The position numbers and the translations under genes are program-made. From Chiloscyllium plagiosum (taxonomy: Eukaryota), in the NCBI RefSeq assembly GCF_004010195.1, contig NC_057754.1:13628364-13660452 (forward strand): 32,089 nucleotides of DNA, in the 5' to 3' direction. The notes beneath the pieces were generated by a model that searched no databases, had not been told where the DNA came from, and saw only the letters and a list, made by a program, of their open reading frames with translations. Shown piece after piece: positions 10,270 through 22,509 of the stretch (within the stretch, counting starts at the first letter, position 1; the number at the start of each line of letters is the position of its first letter).

Positions 10270-11820
10270 TGAGGGGAAAGACAGACTGATTGAAGTACAA
10301 TCATAAGGATAGATGAATCTCCTGGGCTAGATAGGGTATACACAAGGTTACTCCAGGAGGTGATGGAAGAGATTGATGTGACTTTGGTGATGATCTTTGC
10401 GTCTTCACTGTCCACTGGCGTAGTGCTAGATGATTGGGGGGTAGCAAATGTTATTCCCTTGTTCAGGGAAGGGAATAAGGATAACCCTGGGAATGATAGA
10501 ACAGTCAGTCTTACACCAGTTGTGGGCAAAGTATTGGAGACGATTCTGAAAGACAGGATTTACACTTACTTAAAAAAATAGTATGATTAGAGGTCGTTAG
10601 CATGGCTTTTTGAGGAGCAGGTCATGCCTCACAAACCTTATTGAATTCTTTGAAGATGTGAAAAAACATGTTGATGAAGATAGACCAGTCGATGTGGTGA
10701 ACACGAATTTTAGAAGGCGTTTGATAAGGTTCCCCGTTATGGGCTTATTCATAAGGTAAGGAGGCATGGGACGCAGGGAAATTTGGCTCTCTGGATACGG
10801 GCGTGGCTGGCCCATAGAAGACAGAGGGTGGTAGCAGGTGGAAAGTATTCAGCCTGGAGCTCAGTGAGCAGTGGTGTTCCACAGGGATCGGTTCTGGGAA
10901 CTGTGCTCTTTGTGATTTTTATAAATGACTTTGATGAGGAAGTGGAATGGTGGGTTAGAACGTTTGCCGATGACATGAAGGTTAATGGAGTTGTGGAAAG
11001 TGTGAAGGGTTGTTGTAGTTTGCAACAGGACATCGACAGGATACAGAACTGGGCTGATAAGTGGCCGATAGAGTTAAACCTTAAAAAGTGTGAATTGATT
11101 TATTTTGGAAGGTTGCATTTGCATACAGAATACAGAGTTAAAGGCAGAATTCTTGGCAGTTTAGAGCAACAGAGGGATCTTGGGGTCCATGTCCATAGTT
11201 TCCTCAGTGTTGCCACCCAAGTTGATAAGGTTGTTAAGAAGGTGTATGGTGTGTTGGCTATCATTATGGGGGATTGAGTTTAAGAGCGGCGAGGTTAATG
11301 CTGAGCTCAATAAAGCTGTGGTTCAACCACACTTGGAATATTGTGTTCAGAACTGTTTGCCTCAGTATAGGAAACATGTGGAAGCCTCAGAGTGTGCAGA
11401 GGAGATTTACCAGGGTGCTGCCAGGACTGGAGAACATGTCTTAGGAAGAAAGATTGAGGGAGCTCAGGCTTTTCTCCCTGGAACGAAGAAGGTTGAGAGG
11501 TGACTTGATAGAGGTTTACAAGATGTTGAGAGACATAGATAGATTGGATGGCCAAAGTCTTTTCCCATGGCAGAAGTGGCTATCAACAAGGGGCGTAATT
11601 TTAAGGTGATTGGAGAAAGGTTTCGGGGGTATGTCAGACATAGGTTCTTTATTCAGAGAGTGGTGGGGGCGGAATGCACCCCCACCGGTGGTAGTAGAGT
11701 CAGATACATTAGGGATATTTAAAAAGACTCTGGATAGGCACATGGAAGTTAGTGCATTGAAAGTTATGTAGGTTAGTGTGATCTTAGAGTAGGATAAAAG
11801 GCTGCCAAAACATTTAGAGC
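10270..11820 (+). mobile_element. 5'-truncated CR1 LINE (RT domain to 3' region)
   Basis: [52 protein letters not shown] and RTFADDMK. Multiple stops and frameshifts. Confidence 0.93.
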
Positions 11821-12278
11821 TGAAATGACTGTGTTCCAAGTTTCACTCAGTTTGTGGATTCTCGTCAGTTGGTGAATGTGTGAGGGAGTGAGGCGTGGGA
11901 GGGAGTGAGGCGTGGGAGGGAGGGAGGTGTGTGAGGTCAGGAATCTGGGGAGGGACGTTAGATCAAGACTTCCAGTTTTGATGTGTTGCTTCATATCCTC
12001 CCTCCTTCCCCTGTGGGGAAACACAGTATGGAGAATTTGACATGAAAGTCCGGGCTGGTAACTGGTGACTTTCATCCCTCACTCCTGAAATCCTCTACAT
12101 GGACACTAACGTCTCGGGGGACACTGCACTGACAGAAGCTGCATGTACTCCACACCCTCCAATGCTGGCATCTGTCACGTGCCAGCCTCACCATGCCATC
12201 CTAGCACATCTCCGACCCACTGACGTATGCATCTGTACTTCAATGCTGCGGCCCAGGATACACTGACAAATCTCATTG

Positions 12279-12550
12279 CAATGCTGCTGTGAGGACACTG
12301 TGCTCAGGGAAACACACCCCAGCTCACGGACTGTCCCTCTGGGCTGCTCACTACGTGTTTGTACACACTCAATGCTGCTGCAAGGACACTGTGCTCAGGG
12401 ACACACCACCAGTTCGTGAACTGTCCCTCTGGGCTGCTGAGTCTGTGTTTGTACACACTCAATACTGCTGCAAGGACACCGTGCTCAGGGACACACCGCC
12501 AGTTCGTGGACTGTCCCTCTGGGCTGCTCACTCAGTGTTTGCACACATTC
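12279..12550. repeat. ~90-bp tandem repeat, 3 copies
   Basis: ggacac recurs at 12293, 12384 and 12474, and ctgtccctctgggctgct recurs at the same period. Confidence 0.92.
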
Positions 12551-12694
12551 ACTTTGAGCTGACTTGAATGCTCACAGAATTATTGCCTTGACTTACCTTG
12601 CCCTCAGCAGTGTTTCCCCTCAGCTAGAGTTTCCAGGCTCACCCGCCTGCTGTATTGTCTTGGTGTTTAGCACACATACAAACCCAGGAAGCTT

Positions 12695-14150
12695 TAGACA
12701 ATAGACAATAGACGATAGGTGCAGGAGTAGGCCATTCAGCCCTTCGAGCCTGCACCGCCATTCAATATGAGCATGGCTGATCATTCCTAATCAGTATCCT
12801 GCTCCTGCCTTATCTCCATAACCCTTGATTCCACAATCCTTGAGAGCTCTATCCAACTCTTTCTTAAATGAATCCAGAGAGTGGGCCTCCACTACCCTCT
12901 GGGACAGAGCATTCCACACAGCCACCACTCTCTGGATGAAGAAGTTTCTCCTGAGCTCTGTCCTAAATGGTCTACCCGTATTTTTAAGCTGTGTCTTCTG
13001 GTTCGGCACTCATCCATCAGTGGAAATATCTTTCGTCCCGCCAGAGTGTCCAATCCTTTGATAATCTTATACGTCTCAATCAGATCCCTTCTCAATCTTC
13101 GAAACTCAAGGGTATACAAGCCCAGTCACTTTAGTCTTTCAGTGTAAGGTAATCCTGTCATTCCAGGAATTGACCTCGTGAACCTACGCTGCACTCCGTC
13201 AATAGCCAGAATGTCTTTTCTCAAATTTGGAGACCAGAACTGCACACAGTACTCCAGGTGTGGTCTCACCAGGGNNNNNNNNNNNNNNNNNNNNNNNNNN
13301 NNNNNNNNNNNNNNNNNNNNNNNNNNNNNNNNNNNNNNNNNNNNNNNNNNNNNNNNNNNNNNNCTCCTAACATCCTCATCACATTTCACCCTGCCACCCA
13401 GCTTTGTATCATCAGCAAATTTGCTAATGTTATTGCTGATACCATCTTCTATATCATTAACAAATATTATAAAAAGCTGCGTTCCCAGCACGGATCCCTG
13501 CGGTACCCCACTGGTCAATGCCTACCATTCCGAAATGGAGCCGTTTATCACTACCCTTTGTTTCCTATCAGCCAACCAACTTTCAATCCAAGTTAGTACT
13601 TTGCCCCCAATACCATGTGCCCTAATTCTGCTCACTAACCTCCTATGTGGGACATTATCAAAAGCTTTCTGAAAGTCCAGGTACACGACATCTACTGGAC
13701 CTCCCTTGTCCATCTTCAGAGCTACGTCCTCAATAAATTCAAGAAGATTAGTCAAGCATGATTTCCCCTTCATAAATCCATGCTGACTGTGATCTATCCT
13801 GTTACTACTATCCAGATGTGTTGTAATTTCATCCTTTATAATAGACTCCAGCATCTTTCCCACCACTGAGGTCAGACTAACTGGTCTATAATTTCTTGTT
13901 TTCTCTCTCCCACCTTTCTTAAAAAGTGGTACAGCATTAGCCACCATCCAATTCGCAGGAACTGATCCCGAATCTATCGAACTCTGGAAAATAATCACCA
14001 ACGCATCCGCGATTTCTCAAGCCATCTCCTTCAGTACCCTGGGACGTAGACCATCAGGCCCCGGGGCCTTATCAACCTTCAGACCAAACAGTCTCTCCAA
14101 CACCAATGCCTGACAAATATAAATTCCCTTCAGTTCAGGTCCTTCAGCCA
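12695..14150 (-). mobile_element. Relatively well-preserved 5'-truncated CR1 LINE with 3' UTR and 7-bp tandem tail
   Basis: [54 protein letters not shown] and KFADDTK. Tail (TAGACAA)n at 12695-12718. Internal gap at 13275-13363. Confidence 0.96.
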
Positions 14151-14189
14151 CTGTGGGACTGCAGTGGGACGAAATTAAGATCAATTCTG

Positions 14190-14690
14190 AGGGACAGGTT
14201 CATTCAATAACTGGAAAGGCAGAGATCGATTAGTGATAGTCAGCATGCATTTGGTAGAGCAAGATCCTGCCTGATGAAATCAGGTGAGTTTTCTTTGAAA
14301 TTACGATTGAAGATATTGATGAGGCTCGTGCAGATGATTTGTGTTCCATGTAGTTTAGTTAGGGCTTTGACAAGGTTCCACATGGAAGGCTGGCCCAAAA
14401 GGGAAGAGCCCATGCCATCAAAGACAAGTTGGCAAATTGGATCCAAAATTGTTGGAGGGTTGGTTTTGGGATTGAAAGCCTTTGCTCAGTGGGTGTACCA
14501 CAGGGATCTGTGCAGGAACCATTTCTGTTCCTTCTGGGCATTAATCACTTGCATGTGAAAGCAGAAGGTATCATTAGTAGGTTTGTAAATGACATGAAAG
14601 AGGAGGGTGTTGTCCACAGTGAGGGGGATGGTCTCAAGCTACAGTCTGAAAGTTGAGGCTGGGACAGAATTTCAAAAGTGTAATTTCAAT
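14190..14690 (+). mobile_element. Old CR1 RT fragment
   Basis: GVPQGSVQEPFLFLLGIN..SRFVNDMK is a degenerate QGSVLGP/FADD region. Confidence 0.75.
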
Positions 14691-14744
14691 CGACAAGGCA
14701 GGCACTAGCACAACTGGCAATGAGGGAAAACTGATCAATTAACT

Positions 14745-15157
14745 TCTTTATTGTGGTTCTGTTCGCCGAGCAGGAAGTTTTTGTTGCAAACGTTTCGTCC
14801 CCTGGCTAGGGCTGTTCTCTGTCTGGCTTGCCCTATGATAGTAGTGTTGTCCCAGTCGAATTCATGTTGCTTGTTGTCTGCGTGTGTGGCTACTGAGGAT
14901 AGCTGGTCGTGTCGTTTCGTGGCTAGTTGATGTTCATGTATGCGGATTGTTAGCTGTCTTCCTGTTTGTCCTATATCGTGTTTTGTGCAGTCCTTGCATG
15001 GTATTTTGTACACTACATTCGTTTTGCTCATGTTGGGTATCGGGTCCTTCGTTCTGGTGAGTTGTTGTCTGAGCGTGGCTGTTGGTTTGTGTGCCGTTAT
15101 GAGTCCTAGGGGTCGCAGTAGTCTGGCTGTCAGTTCCGAGATGCTCCTGATGTATGG
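14745..15157 (-). mobile_element. Penelope-like element, GIY-YIG endonuclease region with internal deletion
   Basis: KTNVVYKIPCKDCTKHDIGQTGRQLTIRIHEH..HEFDWDNTTII shows the GIY-YIG motif with the PLE CxxC insert. After QRTA the sequence diverges from the paralog at 25920-26285 and jumps to GGGGACGAAACGTTTGC. Confidence 0.9.
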
Positions 15158-15538
15158 TCCTTTATTTCAACATAACAAGCCGAAAAGGTAAGGCAGATGG
15201 ACGGGAACATGGGACTAGGACACCATAGGTATGGCAGAAACACAGCTGAGGGAGGGACAAGACTGACAGCTCAATGTCCCAGGTTACAGATCCTACAGGA
15301 TGGAGAGAACAGGAGATGAGACAGGAGGGGGAATGGAGTTTTTGATCAGTGATACATCACTGCAGCACTTCGAGAGGATATTCCTGGGGATCACCCAGTG
15401 ATACTGAAATGGTGGAAATAATAATTGAGAATGGGTCATCACTTTGATATGACTGTACTACAGGCCCTTAACAGTCAGCGGGAAATTGAGCAGCAAATAT
15501 GTCGGGAGATCGCAGATATCTGTAAGAAGGATAGGGTT

Positions 15539-16014
15539 CTGATTTGGAGATGCCAGTGTCGGACTGGGGTGTACAAAGTTAAAAATCACACAACACCAGG
15601 TTATAGTCCAACAGGTTTAATTGGAAGCACACTAGCTTTCGGAGTGACGCTCCTTCATCAGGTGATAGTGGAGGGCTCGATCGTAACACAGAATTTATAG
15701 CAAAACATATTAACATATTGTCTTGCTAACCCCATTGTTAACAGCTAACCCGAGAATGCAACTTTAAAAAAAGGTTTTGTGATTTACACATGAAAGAAGT
15801 GAAACTATCACTGGATTATAACAGATGAAAGGCTTAACAGACAATCAATTTTTTAATGTATAATTTCAGTTACATCACACTAAATTTTTGCTATAAATTC
15901 TGTGTTATGATCGAGCCCTCCACTATCACCTGATGAAGGAGCGTCGCTCCGAAAGCTAGTGTGCTTCCAATTAAACCTGTTGGACGATAACGTGGTGTTG
16001 TGTGATTTTTAACT
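15539..16014. mobile_element. Fold-back element (PLE pseudo-LTR plus inverted copy), copy 2
   Basis: 129-bp inverted arms at 15577-15705 and 15886-16014 with a 38-bp overhang at 15539-15576. Flanked by AAGGATAGGGTT (15527-15538) and AAAGATAGGGTT (16015-16026). Confidence 0.88.
15927..15961 (+). ncRNA. Minimal hammerhead ribozyme motif (PLE type)
   Basis: Identical to 6470-6504. The antisense copy at 15630-15664 has one stem II mismatch. Confidence 0.7.
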
Positions 16015-17329
16015 AAAGATAGGGTTGTAATGGTCGTGGATAATAATTTTCTAAACCTACACTGGAACTGCCAGAGTAGGCAGAACTTGGGTGGGAGGGA
16101 TTTGTTAGGCATTTTCAAGAAAACTGTCCCAGTCAGAATGTAAATGGTCGGACAGCAGGAAGGGGTAAAACCTGACCTCACCTTGGGAAACAAGGGAGGG
16201 AAATGGACTGAGGTGTTCGTGGGAAAACTCTTTGGCAAAGTCACCACAATTCTATCTGTTTGAAAATAGCGATGGAAAAGAACATGGCTGGTCCACAAGT
16301 TGATCAAAATTGGCCTTTCCTGAATCCAGAAGGTAAGAGTCAAGAGTTTTTAACAATTGAATGTGGAGGCTATTTGCAGGTAAAGGGACGTTAGGCAGGT
16401 GGGAAGCTTTCAAAGGAGAAATAAAATGAGAGTTCACGGTCAGCATATCCCTGTTAGTGTGAAGGATATTGCTGACACAAGTAGGGAACACTGGATGACT
16501 GGAGGTATTGAGGTTCTGGTCAAGAAAAAGGAGGCACATGTCACGTATCGTCAGCTAGATTAAAGGAATCCCTTCAAGAATATTATGGGTGGAGTAATAC
16601 ACTTAAGTGGGAAATCAGGAGCCAACAAAGGGGACCACAGAAAGCTCTGGTAGATCAGGCGAAGGAAAATGCAAGTGTATTAACAAGAGATAATTAAATA
16701 CGGACGGAATATGGTTCCTTAAAGATCAATGGGGCCATCCAACTGTGGAAACAGAGGAGATGGCTGAGATCCGAAACGAAAATGTCATGTTTCAATTTAT
16801 TGTGGAGAAAGACTGGGCAACTCAGGGAAATAAACAGTGATGTCTCCAAAAGACTCCACATAACAGGAGGTACTGGAGGTTTTAAAATGAATAAAAGATA
16901 GACAAAGCCCTGGGAACTAATCAAGGATATCCCAGGATATTGTGGGAAGCTCAGTAAGAAACTGTGGCGTCCCATAAAGAGATTTTTTCTATCACTGACA
17001 ACCACCAGTGATGAGCTGGAAGCCTGGAGGATGGTTTGTGTTGTGCCAGTGTTTAGGAATGACTGCGAGGGAAAGCCAGGGACATCAAAGCCAATTAGCT
17101 TGATGTCAATGATGCATATGTTGTTGGAAGTGATTCTGCTGGACAGGGGTTACATGCATTTGCAAAGGCAAGGATTAATTAGGGATAATCAACACACATT
17201 TGGAATACTGCATAGAATTCTGATCATTCTGATTTAGGAAACATTTCCTGAAACTAAATGGAGCAAAGATTGATGAAGACGTTACTGATACTGGAGGGTG
17301 TGACAGAAACGGAGAGGGTGGTTAAGCTG

Positions 17330-17840
17330 GAAAACAACATGGGGGGCATGAGATAGATTTGGCAGACAATGTTAAGGAGAATGCAAAGAATTTTCCATAG
17401 CACACAAGGACAAAAAAAAAAACAACTGGACAGACACTCGGGCTCCTCAAGTATCAGTGAGGCCATCCAAGTGTGGGACCACAGGAGATGTGCGAGAGCC
17501 TAAATAAATATTTCAAATCAGAACGTATTATGGACAAAGACTAATACACAAATGGAAAGAAACAGTGATGTCTTGTAAAGAGTCCCTATTACAGAAAGGA
17601 TGGTGCTTGAGGTCTTAAAGCACAAAGGTAGAGAAAGCCCCAGGTCCTGAACAAGTGTATCCCAGAACATTGTGGCAAAGTAGTGGCAGGGACACGAGCA
17701 GAAATATTTATATCATTGTCCTTCCTATTTCCATTGGGCATAGGTGGCTGAGCGGTGACCTTACAAAGGCTTATAAAACCATGAGAGATACAGGTAAGTT
17801 GATTAACCCACGTCTTCACCCCAGGGCAGTGGAGTCCATA
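17330..17840 (+). mobile_element. Old CR1 fragments (tether/RT start and a short 3' piece)
   Basis: Parallels 16620-16980 (aaggagaat..aag, aaagccccaggtcctga..tatcccagaac). ctgagcggtgaccttacaaaggcttataaaaccatgag encodes the LRGDLIEVYK-type motif. Confidence 0.65.
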
Positions 17841-17844
17841 AGTA

Positions 17845-19400
17845 AATGGGATTGAACTGCAGAAGGCGGAGGTGTTCGCAATTCTGCACAGTGTGAAAAT
17901 AGGTAACTCATCTGGGCCTAATGCCATTTATCCTTGGATTCTCTGGGAAGCCAGAAAGGAGATTGCCGATCCTTTGGCTTTGATCTTTATGCCGTCATTG
18001 TCTAGAGATAGTACCAGAAGGCTGGAGGATCGAAAATGTTGTCCCTTTGTCCAAGAAGGGGAGTAGAGAAAACCCTGCTAATTCTAGAGCTGTGAGCCTT
18101 ACTTCAATTCTGGGTAAAGCGTGGGAAAGGCTTGTAAGGGATAGGATATATAATCATCTGGAGATGAATAAGTTGATTAGGGATAGTCAACACGGCATTG
18201 TGAAGGGCAGGCTGTGCCTCACAAACCTTATTGAGTTCTTTAAGAAGGTGGATGACGGTAAAGCAGTTGATGTGTTGTATATGGATTACAGTAAGGCGTG
18301 TGTTAAGGTTCCCCACGGTAGGCTATTGTATACAATACGGAGGCATGGGATTGAGGGTGATTGTGCAGTTGGGATCAGACATTAGCTCGCTGAAAGAAGA
18401 CAGAGAGTAGTGTTTCATGGGAAAAACTCATCCTGGAGCTCAGTTACTAGTTGGTTACACCAGAATCTGTTTTGGGTCGAATGTTGCTTGTCATTTATAC
18501 AAATGACATGGATGAGGGCATTGAATGATGGGTTAGTAAATTTGCGGATGACACTAAGGTCGGTAAAGTTGTGGAGAGTGATGAAGGGTGCTGTCGTTTA
18601 CAGAGAGGCATATATCAGTTGCAGAGCTGGACCGAGAGTTCATAAATGGATTTTAATGTGGAAAAGTGTGATGTCATTCATTTTGGAAGGAGTAACAGGA
18701 ACATAGAGTACTAGTCTAGTGGTAAGATTCTTGGTAGTGTTACAGAGAGATCTCTGTGTACACGCACACAGATCGTTGAAAGTTGCCACCCAGTCTGATA
18801 GGGTTGTTAAGAAGGCATTCAATGTGTGAGCTTTTATTGGTCGAGGGATTGAGTTTCGGAACCATGAGATCATGCTGCAGCTGAACAAAACTCTGATGAG
18901 GCATCATTTGGAGCGTTGTGTACAGTTTAGGTCACCAAATTACATCAAAGATGTGTAAGCTTTGCAAAGAGTTCAAAGAAGATTTACGAGGATGTCATTT
19001 GGTATGGAGGGAGTGTCTTATGAGAAAGGCTGAGGAACATGAAGCTGTTTTCGTTCAAGAGAAGATGTTTTCAGGTCTACTAACTGAGACAAATAAGATA
19101 ATCAGAGGGTTAGATGGGTTGGACAATGAGAACTTTTCCCTTGGATGGCGATGCCTAACACGAGGGGAGATAGCTTTAAATTGATGGGTGATAGATATAG
19201 GACAGATGCCAGAGGTGGTTTCTTCACTCAGAGTGGTAGGGGCGTGGGACGCACTGCCTGCAACCGCAGTGGACTCGTCACCTTTAAGGGCATTTAAATT
19301 GTAATAGTGTTGGTTAGATGGGCTTCAGATTGGTTCCACAGGTTGGCGCATCATCGAGGACCGAAGGGCCATTACTGCACTGTCATGTTCTATGTTCTAG
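17845..19400 (+). mobile_element. 5'-truncated CR1 LINE, RT to 3' tail
   Basis: SRAVSLTSILGK, RDSQHGIVKGRLCLTNLIEFF, AVDVLYMDYSKA and tttgcggatgacactaag (FADDTK). Ends in ttctatgttcta, the typical CR1 octamer tail. Confidence 0.93.
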
Positions 19401-19670
19401 AGGGAATAAATATGAGGGAAGAGAGGAAAGACATAAAAGGGATTGGAGGAGAATATATTTCACACAGAGGATGGTGCAGGTATGGAATGAACTTCCAGGA
19501 GAAATGGTAGAGAAAAGCACAATGACAACATTAAAAAGACAGTTGGGCAAGTACATGGAGAGGAGAAGGTTTGAAGGGATTTGGGTCAAATGCAGGAAAC
19601 GTTAAGGGACTCTGGTCATCATGGACGACTTGGATCGAAGGAAGCATTTCCGTGCTGCATGACTCTGTCT
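19400..19670 (+). mobile_element. CR1 3'-end fragment
   Basis: YFTQRMVQVWNELPGEMVE..TTLKRQLGKYM is the ORF2 C-terminus, followed by 3' UTR-like sequence. Confidence 0.8.
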
Positions 19671-20327
19671 CAAGTTATTGGAGGAGGAGACTACTGAGAC
19701 AAGGCATGTTGCAGACAATGAAGCAAGTTTCAGACATCGGGATGGCAGTCTGAAAAAGCAGTAAATTTCAATTATGTGGAGGGACTATAAGGAAATGAGG
19801 AGGTTACAGAGATAAGACTTGTTATAGGAATTAAAAATTATTGAAGAAACTGGTCCACAAGACTTGCCATAGATGGTGTTGCAGAGTAGTAAGTCTTAGC
19901 ACTTGGTAGTAAGTCTGTACTCTGCTCCCCCTCCAGCACTCTATCTATGTCATGTCTTGTTAGCTGATGTTTGGAGCCCTCTTATTGCTCTCTGCTCTGT
20001 GCACTGCGAGTGGTCTTACCTCACTGCAGGATTTATTGAAGGCTCCAGCTCTCCCTACTCTTTGTCTCTCTAGCTGACCAACCATCTTCAATTTGGTGAT
20101 GGACGAGACACCCAGCAGCTGGGAAATCTATTGAGTCAAGACCTTCCTGAGTAGCTACAGGAGACAGACAGAATTGGAAATTAGACTGATGCAGTGAGGG
20201 TTACACATGGAGAATGGTCCTGAGTATCACAGAGATCTGGAAAATCCCTGTCTCCATTCCTGTTCCTTGCTGCCTTGTCTCATCATGGTGGAGAATTCTG
20301 TTAGATGGGAATCTGGAATAGCTGCAA

Positions 20328-20361
<34 letters not shown>

Positions 20362-20452
20362 AAGAGAAACAGAAAGAGAAAGAGAGAGAGAGAGAGAGAC
20401 GGACAGAGAAAGAGAGAGAAAAAGAGAGAGAGAGAGAAATAGAGAGAGAGAG
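20328..20452. repeat. (GT)n-(GA)n compound microsatellite
   Basis: Directly visible. Confidence 0.97.
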
Positions 20453-20588
20453 ATACTGACAGAGGCAGGAGTTAGACCCACACAGTGACGATAACACATG
20501 GAGAGATACTGAGTGATATCACCAGAGTGCTGGAAGATGTCAGGGTCACACAATTAGATCGGAAGAACGGGGTTAACTTCATGGTGGT

Positions 20589-20683
20589 AAAAACAATGAC
20601 TGCAGATGCTGGAAACCAGATTCTGGATCAGTGGTGCTGGAAGAGCACAGCAATTCAGGCAGCATCCGAGGACAGGCAAAATC
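20589..20683. mobile_element. Family-2 pseudo-LTR-like repeat, truncated
   Basis: actgcagatgctggaaaccaga..gtggtgctggaagagcacagcaattcaggcagcatccgagga matches 4537-4571 and 10013-10095. Confidence 0.65.
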
Positions 20684-20726
20684 ATGATGCACTGGTATCA
20701 GTGTTTAGGGATGAGCAACCAGTGAT

Positions 20727-21100
20727 CAGGCGAAGTGATTGCCTAGTGGTATTATTGCTAGAGACTGTATTCAAAGTCTCAGCTAATGTTCAGGGGAAGC
20801 AGGTTTGAATCCCACCATTAGGAATGGAGAAATTTGAAACCAACAATTTTAAAAATAGTAATAAACAATCCACAAATAAACATGAAATCATTGCTGATGT
20901 ACAAGAAATCCAAACACTTGCCCTTTCGAGAAGGACATCTGCCAATCCTCATGTGGTCTGCACGACATACCCACAGCAAAGTGTTTGCCTCTCAGTTACC
21001 CTCTGAAATGGCCGAGCAAGTTACTCAGCTCAAGGGTAGCTACGGCTGGGCAAGAAAGGCTGGTCAGCCAGAGACACCCACACCCCATACCCGACTTAAA
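20727..21100 (+). mobile_element. tRNA-derived Deu-domain SINE (SacSINE1-like)
   Basis: A box (cctagtggta) and B box (ggtttgaatccc). Deu-like core ccctttcgagaaggacatctgcc..cccacagcaa..ccctctgaaatggccgagcaag. The 3' tail resembles the LINE end at 4020-4085. Confidence 0.7.
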
Positions 21101-21479
21101 AAATAATCCATTAGGATGGGCACACTGGAACCGGTCTGGGAGCAGTGTCCCGTCCAATCATGTCGGTAGGTTTATGGACAGGGCTTTAAACTGACAGAGA
21201 GGATGCTCGGACAGGGTTCAGGTAAAAGGCGCTTTCCAAAGCCCAATAGAAAAGGTGAAGCATCGGAACAGCATGGGGATCTGGCTGAAGTCAAGCCGAA
21301 AGGAACAGGATGCGACAAAGTTGAACTAAAACTGTACATCAGTGACAGGGTTGTGACAGGAAATTGTGGGAAAAAGTAAATTATGTTTTTTTTTTAAGAG
21401 TGGACAAAGTTTCTACCCTTTCGTCATTTATGTGTGTGTGTAAAATCCCTTTGGATTCTACTTAACCCTATCTGCCAAC

Positions 21480-21790
21480 GCTATCCCCTGTCTGCCTTTC
21501 GCTTTTAAGTCTACTCTTACTGCTTTTATACTCTAAGGATTCACTGGATGTCTCCTATATGTACTTGACAAATGCTTCCTTCTTTTTCCTAACCAAAACA
21601 TCAATTTCTCTAGTAATCCAATATTTCCTGGACAGATAAGCCTTTCTTTCACCCTAACAGGAATACTGGATACTGTCTCTGGACTCTCGTTATCTCATTT
21701 TTGAAAGCTTTCCATTTTGCAATGGTAAAGGTTTCATTCTCTCAAAATCAAAACTCTCCAATTCCTGCATCTCGTGAAACTACCGCTGAA
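21480..21790 (-). mobile_element. Old CR1 tether-region fragment
   Basis: The reverse complement resembles 16340-16640 (KWKAFKNEITRVQ..IPVRVK). Confidence 0.65.
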
Positions 21791-22509
21791 ATATAATGGG
21801 AAAAAAATCACTCCAATCGAACGCTTTGTTGAACTGAGCTCTGGTCAGTCATGCAGATCTGGAGAGCACATTAGCAGCACCAGGTCAGTGTCAGGCACAC
21901 AGATAGAAAGGGTAAATAGATTCACATCTGAACTCACATCTCCCAGCCTGGGAACCTGAAGCGGTGTTCAGCCATTCTGATAAATATCTCCAAAATTAGG
22001 TCAACAAGATTGGACAGTGGTCCAATCAAAAATAAAATCCATCATTCAAACTGGAACATCCTTCAGTTTCCATAACCCATTCTAACTTGGTCCCATCCTG
22101 CAGGTTGTATAACTCCTGCTAACTCTAACCTCCTGCAGGATCCACCTCCCTTCCTACATTTGTACCACCCTACAGTTTTGGCAGCCCTTCCTACCTCTGT
22201 AACATGGTCCAGACTCTACAACTCTTCCTTCCTCTGCAATGTTCCCCAGAAGGTCACTGGAGGACGGTGGAGGTTATGTGGACAGGGAGGGATATAAGGA
22301 CAGGAGGGTAATGCAGATATTAGGAATATTGCAGTGGTAAAAAGAGGTTTCAAGAATTTTGAGTGTTGATGCTCATAAAGGAGGTTACAGAGCTAAGGAG
22401 GATTGTAGGGACGTGAAGAGATTTCACAGTTTAGGAGTGTTGTAGACACTGGAGGAAGTTACCAAAATTGGGAGGGTTTAAGATTGGAAGGATTTCACAG
22501 AAAACCTTG

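Larger units (their letters stand above)
15185..17200 (+). mobile_element. Decayed CR1 ORF2 (endonuclease, tether, start of RT)
   Basis: Remnants of ETxLREGQDWQLNVPGY, YRP.NSQREIEQQICREI and VVPVFRND..PGTSKPISLMS. Interrupted at 15539-16014. Confidence 0.8.

Noticed and set aside
12279..12550. CRISPR-like or coding repeat
   Set aside because: Whole 90-bp units are duplicated with no spacers, and the translations show no recognisable domain.
13275..13363. Internal deletion in the young CR1 (gap shorter than the missing RT segment)
   Set aside because: The gap length is only an assembly estimate, so a deletion cannot be inferred.
8173..14001. Functional reverse transcriptase genes or retron/DGR-type systems
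   Set aside because: The motifs (QGSVLGP, FADD, RPHLEYCVQFW) are those of CR1 non-LTR retrotransposons, and all copies are truncated or disrupted.
20201..20553. ER-rich or SL-rich protein ORFs
   Set aside because: They are translations of the (GA)n microsatellite.
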